Virus record (IMG/VR): IMGVR_UViG_3300037089_000656
Span: 1,980-65,979 of that record
Strand: one strand, 5' to 3'
DNA from: a virus
Taxonomy: Duplodnaviria > Caudoviricetes
DNA length: 64,000 nucleotides
Below are positions 60,601 to 64,000 of this stretch, one piece after another (the first letter of the stretch is position 1; each line of letters opens with the position of its first letter). A model generated the notes under the pieces. That model was given only the letters and a program-made list of their open reading frames with translations. It ran no database searches and was not told the DNA's origin. The position numbers and the translations under genes were made by a program.

Positions 60601-63600
60601 GGTTTACAAGGTCCAACAGGAGTTCAGGGCCGTACTGGGACTCAGGGAATTCAAGGAGTCACTGGTGTCCAAGGAAATACAGGTTTACAGGGTCCGACAG
60701 GAGTTCAAGGCCAGACCGGTTCTCAAGGTTTAACTGGAGTTCAGGGTCAGACCGGTCTTCAAGGAGCAACTGGAGTTGCTGGTTTCACAGGTCTACAAGG
60801 TCCAACTGGAGTTCAGGGTCAGACTGGCATTCAAGGATTAACTGGAACTCAAGGAAACACTGGAGTCGGAGCGACAGGCTATACTGGATTACAAGGTATT
60901 ACTGGAGTCGATGGCACGACAGGAGTACAAGGATCAACAGGAGTTGCGGGCTCTACTGGTCTACAGGGACCTACAGGAGTTGCGGGCTCTACAGGGCTGC
61001 AGGGTTATACTGGAGTTCAAGGATCTATAGGATCTCAAGGAAATACAGGATTGCGAGGCTTTACCGGAGTTCGTGGAGATACCGGGGTCCAAGGTCAAAC
61101 AGGTGTCCAAGGTCAAACAGGTGTCCAAGGTCAAACTGGATTGCAAGGACCAACAGGAGTTCAGGGATTAACTGGGGTACAGGGTCAGACTGGAGTCCAA
61201 GGAAATACAGGAGTTCAAGGATCAACTGGATTACAGGGTCCAACAGGTGTTCAAGGAAATACAGGAGTACAGGGGAATACTGGAGTTCAAGGATCGACTG
61301 GTCTACAAGGACCAACAGGAGTCCAGGGTCAAACCGGTCTACAGGGTCCAACAGGAGTTCAAGGACAAACGGGACTTCAGGGAAATACAGGAGTTCAGGG
61401 GAACACAGGAGTCCAGGGTCAAACCGGTCTACAGGGTCCAACAGGAGTTCAAGGACAGACTGGATTGCAAGGTCCCACGGGTGTTCAAGGTGTGACAGGA
61501 GTCCAGGGTCAGACTGGACTACAAGGTCTCACGGGAGTCCAAGGTCAGACCGGTCTTCAAGGACCAACAGGAGTCCAGGGTCAGACCGGACTGCAAGGAC
61601 CAACAGGAGTTCAAGGAATTCAGGGGAATACAGGGGTCCAGGGTCAAACAGGATTACAAGGACCAACAGGAGTCCAGGGTATTCAAGGTAACACTGGAGT
61701 CCAGGGAAATACAGGCGTACAAGGCCAGACAGGATTGCAAGGTCCAACTGGAGTCCAAGGTGTTCAAGGAAATACTGGAGTCCAAGGCCAAACAGGATTA
61801 CAAGGAGCTACCGGAGTTCAGGGTCAAACAGGCCTGCAAGGCCCAACAGGAGTACAAGGTCAGACTGGGGTACAAGGTACAACGGGAGTCCAAGGCCAAA
61901 CGGGTCTACAGGGACCCACAGGGGTTCAGGGCCAAACGGGTCTTCAGGGTTCAATTGGGGTGCAGGGCCAAACAGGTCTTCAGGGTCCGACTGGAGTCCA
62001 AGGTGTTCAAGGCCAAACAGGAGTCCAGGGCCAGACCGGTCTGCAGGGAGTAACGGGAGTTCAGGGTCAAACAGGTCTTCAAGGTCCTACAGGAGTCCAG
62101 GGTCAGACAGGTCTGCAAGGAGTAACGGGAGTCCAGGGTCAAACAGGAGTTCAAGGACAAACTGGAGTCCAGGGTCAGACCGGATTAAAAGGTGTAACTG
62201 GAGTTCAGGGAAATACAGGAGTTCAAGGACAGACAGGTCTACAGGGACCAACAGGGGTTCAGGGTCAGACTGGTTTACAAGGTCCAACAGGGGTTCAGGG
62301 TCAGACTGGACTTCAGGGGCTTACTGGAGTACAAGGATCGACAGGACTACAAGGACTAACTGGGGTCCAGGGAATACAGGGAAATACTGGAGTTCAAGGA
62401 CAGACCGGGTTTCAAGGATTAACAGGGGTTCAAGGTCAAACGGGAGTTCAGGGAAGTACTGGTTTACAAGGTCCAACAGGTGTTCAAGGACTAACTGGAG
62501 TTCAAGGAAATACAGGAGTACAAGGTCAGACCGGGTTACAAGGCCCGACTGGATTGCAGGGTCCAACGGGAGTTCAGGGACTGACTGGAGTTCAAGGAAA
62601 TACAGGAGTCCAGGGTCAGACCGGGTTACAAGGCCCAACAGGAGTCCAAGGACTAACAGGAGTCCAAGGAGCAGGATTTACAGGATTACAGGGTCTAACA
62701 GGAGTACAGGGCCAGACTGGCTTTCAAGGCTTAACGGGAGTCCAAGGAGCAGGATTTACAGGATTGCAAGGTTTAACGGGAGTTCAAGGGCTTACAGGAT
62801 CTCAGGGACCTACTGGCGTACAGGGTCAGACAGGTTTTCAGGGAGTAACAGGAGTCCAGGGCCAGACAGGTTTCCAGGGATTCACGGGAGTTCAGGGTCA
62901 GACCGGACTTCAAGGACCAACGGGAGTTCAGGGCCAGACAGGACTACAGGGACCTACGGGAGTTCAGGGTCAAACAGGTTTACAAGGATCGACAGGGGTC
63001 GCTGGTCAGACAGGATTACAAGGTCCTACAGGAGTCCAAGGCCAGACTGGTTTGCAAGGTTTAACTGGAGTCCAGGGAATACAAGGAAATACTGGAGTCG
63101 CTGGTCAGACAGGATTACAAGGTCCTACAGGAGTCCAAGGCCAGACTGGATTACAAGGTCCTACAGGAGTCCAAGGCCAGACCGGTATTCAAGGACTCAC
63201 AGGAGTCGCTGGTCAGACAGGTTTACAAGGACCGACAGGAGTCCAGGGAATTCAAGGAAACACGGGAGTTCAGGGTCAAACAGGTCTTCAGGGAGTAACA
63301 GGAGTCCAAGGCCAGACCGGATTAACGGGCCCTACTGGTGTTCAAGGATTAACAGGAGTTCAGGGACAAACCGGTTTGCAAGGTATTACTGGAGTGTTTG
63401 GAACTTCGGGAGGTACAGGAGTACAAGGAACTCAGGGAAATACTGGTGTTCAAGGTCAAACTGGTCTTCAGGGACCAACAGGAGTACAAGGTCAGACCGG
63501 ATTACAAGGTATTACTGGAGTGTTTGGAACCTCGGGTGGTACTGGAGTCCAAGGAACTCAAGGAAATACTGGAGTACAAGGTCAGACTGGTCTTCAGGGC

Positions 63601-64000
63601 ATTACTGGAGTTTTCGGAACTTCGGGAGGTACTGGTGTTCAGGGAATTCAAGGAAACACAGGAGTCCAAGGTAATACAGGACTTCAGGGGCCAACAGGAG
63701 TACAAGGTCAGACCGGGCTACAAGGACCCACAGGAGTCCAGGGTCAGACAGGTTTACAGGGACCAACAGGAGTTCAGGGACAGACAGGATTATTTGGAGT
63801 AACGGGCGTTCAGGGAAATACCGGGGTACAAGGACAGACAGGTTTACAAGGTCCAACTGGAGTTCAGGGAATTCAAGGAAATACTGGGGCTCAGGGTTAT
63901 ACAGGTCTTCAGGGATCTACAGGAGCAAATCGACATACAACCTTGTTTGATATGCCTGATTCTTCAGGTGTTATTACAGATCATGATGTTCGATTAGTAG
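57613..64000 (+). CDS. giant collagen-like fibre protein with DNRLRE/CBM96-like domain; runs off the right edge (absent from the ORF track)
   Basis: AAGGA SD and ATG 57613 (MARIINGT...); I saw no in-frame stop before 64000. Contains ADTWL...TNYG...RSLIKWNL...WVETTATW...RPRLSIRY and long Gly-X-Y tracts. Confidence 0.85.
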   Translation, partial: MARIINGTLFVSSFTPTGNPGEYTFTNAVFDNQADATGNGSLDIQIGFIVVVASVDPNTFNPVPGVAHRYKITSIVPGSNTDGVHISATMLWDEDVPEDDFPMNGSYALLTEDTINRKYSLPPSDLVYANLPGGIVEAAYNADIRHITDKIGVTGVQGITGPQGRTGLQGVTGVAGGGTGVQGVTGVAGGGTGVQGVTGPQGRTGVQGIQGVTGVQGSTGIQGQTGIQGVTGIQGQTGVNIATFTIQSGADTWLHEDSSSTNYGSDPLMWYGSELTDAKRSLIKWNLNTIAPYSAIVDASIIFYQGTSQSADVDSLFRVTKTWVETTATWVRSDSSNLWFTPGGDFDTTMLASFVGSVGQKIVPLNLDGITVLQNIINGTYPNNGFIIDATGSNNSDYSLYTFQNSDTTNRPRLSIRYFPAGAPGTTGVQGQTGLQGYTGAGIQGPTGVQGTTGPLGGPPGSTGVQGITGTSGGPTGVQGETGLQGLTGPFGGPQGDTGLQGPTGIIGIQGVTGADGEEGPQGIQGLTGVLGLTGDQGTTGVQGSIGPQGPTGDTGQTGIQGTTGVEGVTGLQGPTGVQGNTGVQGNTGLQGPTGVQGRTGVQGLTGVQGNTGLQGPTGLMGPTGVQGLTGVQGRTGVQGQTGLQGPTGVQGQTGLQGYTGVRGVVGYNIGAAYYPHDSTDVDSTAFYQLRRTPSPDPEDIESVSITAGSGQTLFNSQAYISLSNDPGTVIWSGGNWNFYTYASVDDNSEYNEVLIKVFRRTFDGTSNLLFTVTTGNITSLNQPDLYVTYISEPDFSGAVDDRLVVNYYASTQSLSPVTISMFIDGTDHASHLMSPLSVASLQGSTGLQGPTGVQGIQGNVGPAGSQGNTGLQGGTGLQGPTGVQGVQGNTGVQGNTGLQGSTGVIGVQGLTGVQGNTGVQGQTGLRGITGVQGVQGNTGVQGNTGVQGNTGLQGPTGVQGIQGNTGVEGHTGLQGITGVQGQTGIQGVTGVQGNTGLQGPTGVQGRTGTQGIQGVTGVQGNTGLQGPTGVQGQTGSQGLTGVQGQTGLQGATGVAGFTGLQGPTGVQGQTGIQGLTGTQGNTGVGATGYTGLQGITGVDGTTGVQGSTGVAGSTGLQGPTGVAGSTGLQGYTGVQGSIGSQGNTGLRGFTGVRGDTGVQGQTGVQGQTGVQGQTGLQGPTGVQGLTGVQGQTGVQGNTGVQGSTGLQGPTGVQGNTGVQGNTGVQGSTGLQGPTGVQGQTGLQGPTGVQGQTGLQGNTGVQGNTGVQGQTGLQGPTGVQGQTGLQGPTGVQGVTGVQGQTGLQGLTGVQGQTGLQGPTGVQGQTGLQGPTGVQGIQGNTGVQGQTGLQGPTGVQGIQGNTGVQGNTGVQGQTGLQGPTGVQGVQGNTGVQGQTGLQGATGVQGQTGLQGPTGVQGQTGVQGTTGVQGQTGLQGPTGVQGQTGLQGSIGVQGQTGLQGPTGVQGVQGQTGVQGQTGLQGVTGVQGQTGLQGPTGVQGQTGLQGVTGVQGQTGVQGQTGVQGQTGLKGVTGVQGNTGVQGQTGLQGPTGVQGQTGLQGPTGVQGQTGLQGLTGVQGSTGLQGLTGVQGIQGNTGVQGQTGFQGLTGVQGQTGVQGSTGLQGPTGVQGLTGVQGNTGVQGQTGLQGPTGLQGPTGVQGLTGVQGNTGVQGQTGLQGPTGVQGLTGVQGAGFTGLQGLTGVQGQTGFQGLTGVQGAGFTGLQGLTGVQGLTGSQGPTGVQGQTGFQGVTGVQGQTGFQGFTGVQGQTGLQGPTGVQGQTGLQGPTGVQGQTGLQGSTGVAGQTGLQGPTGVQGQTGLQGLTGVQGIQGNTGVAGQTGLQGPTGVQGQTGLQGPTGVQGQTGIQGLTGVAGQTGLQGPTGVQGIQGNTGVQGQTGLQGVTGVQGQTGLTGPTGVQGLTGVQGQTGLQGITGVFGTSGGTGVQGTQGNTGVQGQTGLQGPTGVQGQTGLQGITGVFGTSGGTGVQGTQGNTGVQGQTGLQGITGVFGTSGGTGVQGIQGNTGVQGNTGLQGPTGVQGQTGLQGPTGVQGQTGLQGPTGVQGQTGLFGVTGVQGNTGVQGQTGLQGPTGVQGIQGNTGAQGYTGLQGSTGANRHTTLFDMPDSSGVITDHDVRLV
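60142..63924 (+). repeat. ~3.8-kb 9/18-bp-period degenerate repeat encoding (G-V/L-Q-G-x-T)n
   Basis: Continuous ggagttcaagg/acagga-type units. Confidence 0.9.

Noticed and set aside
57982-63856. Many short ORFs on both strands in the collagen region (also 39605-40336, 39901, 56601, 32578)
   Set aside because: They are shadow frames of the Gly-X-Y repeat; the real CDS is the long plus-strand frame.
60142-63924. Possible CRISPR array or satellite
   Set aside because: The period is 9/18 bp with synonymous variation and no unique spacers; it is a coding repeat.
1-64000. Alternative genetic code (stop reassignment)
   Set aside because: Genes are long and densely packed under code 11, and TAA, TAG and TGA all end genes. 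The two broken genes need frame changes, not read-through.
29019-64000. Eukaryotic giant-virus origin (collagen plus GTs as in Mimiviridae)
   Set aside because: SD sequences, operon coupling, HU, NusG, sigma-like factor, DnaX and a terminase all indicate a bacteriophage.

Overview
This 64-kb AT-rich window reads as part of a large (jumbo-type) tailed dsDNA phage genome using the standard bacterial code. I saw no rRNA, tRNA, CRISPR array or IS. Positions 1-19 kb hold a replication/recombination/transcription module: SbcD, a PD-(D/E)XK nuclease, a beta-clamp-like protein, an SbcC C-terminal half, HU, DnaJ, a GT9 glycosyltransferase, a primase core, GIY-YIG, a DnaX clamp loader that apparently starts at ACG, a NusG paralog, a 5'-3' exonuclease and a sigma-like factor. 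A duplicated and split major-capsid-like locus follows. Positions 20-23 kb are a minus-strand vWA-containing operon with a structured leader. Positions 23-29 kb encode putative head proteins and the large terminase. Positions 29-64 kb encode four collagen-like (Gly-X-Gln/Gly-X-Thr) fibre proteins (three of them over 1,800 aa), three further glycosyltransferase genes, a frameshifted UvrD, three paralogs sharing a C-terminal module, and a signal-peptide beta-helix protein. The best candidates for new biology are: (1) a phage-encoded collagen-fibre glycosylation system, with D-x-S/T motifs apparently enriched in virion proteins; (2) a tandem, covarying RNA stem-loop motif overlapping the Shine-Dalgarno (SD) of a fibre gene; (3) a shared late-promoter-like motif AATWATCTYTTAAT; and (4) an extra, split capsid paralog. 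All family assignments come from motif recognition by eye; no database searches were run.
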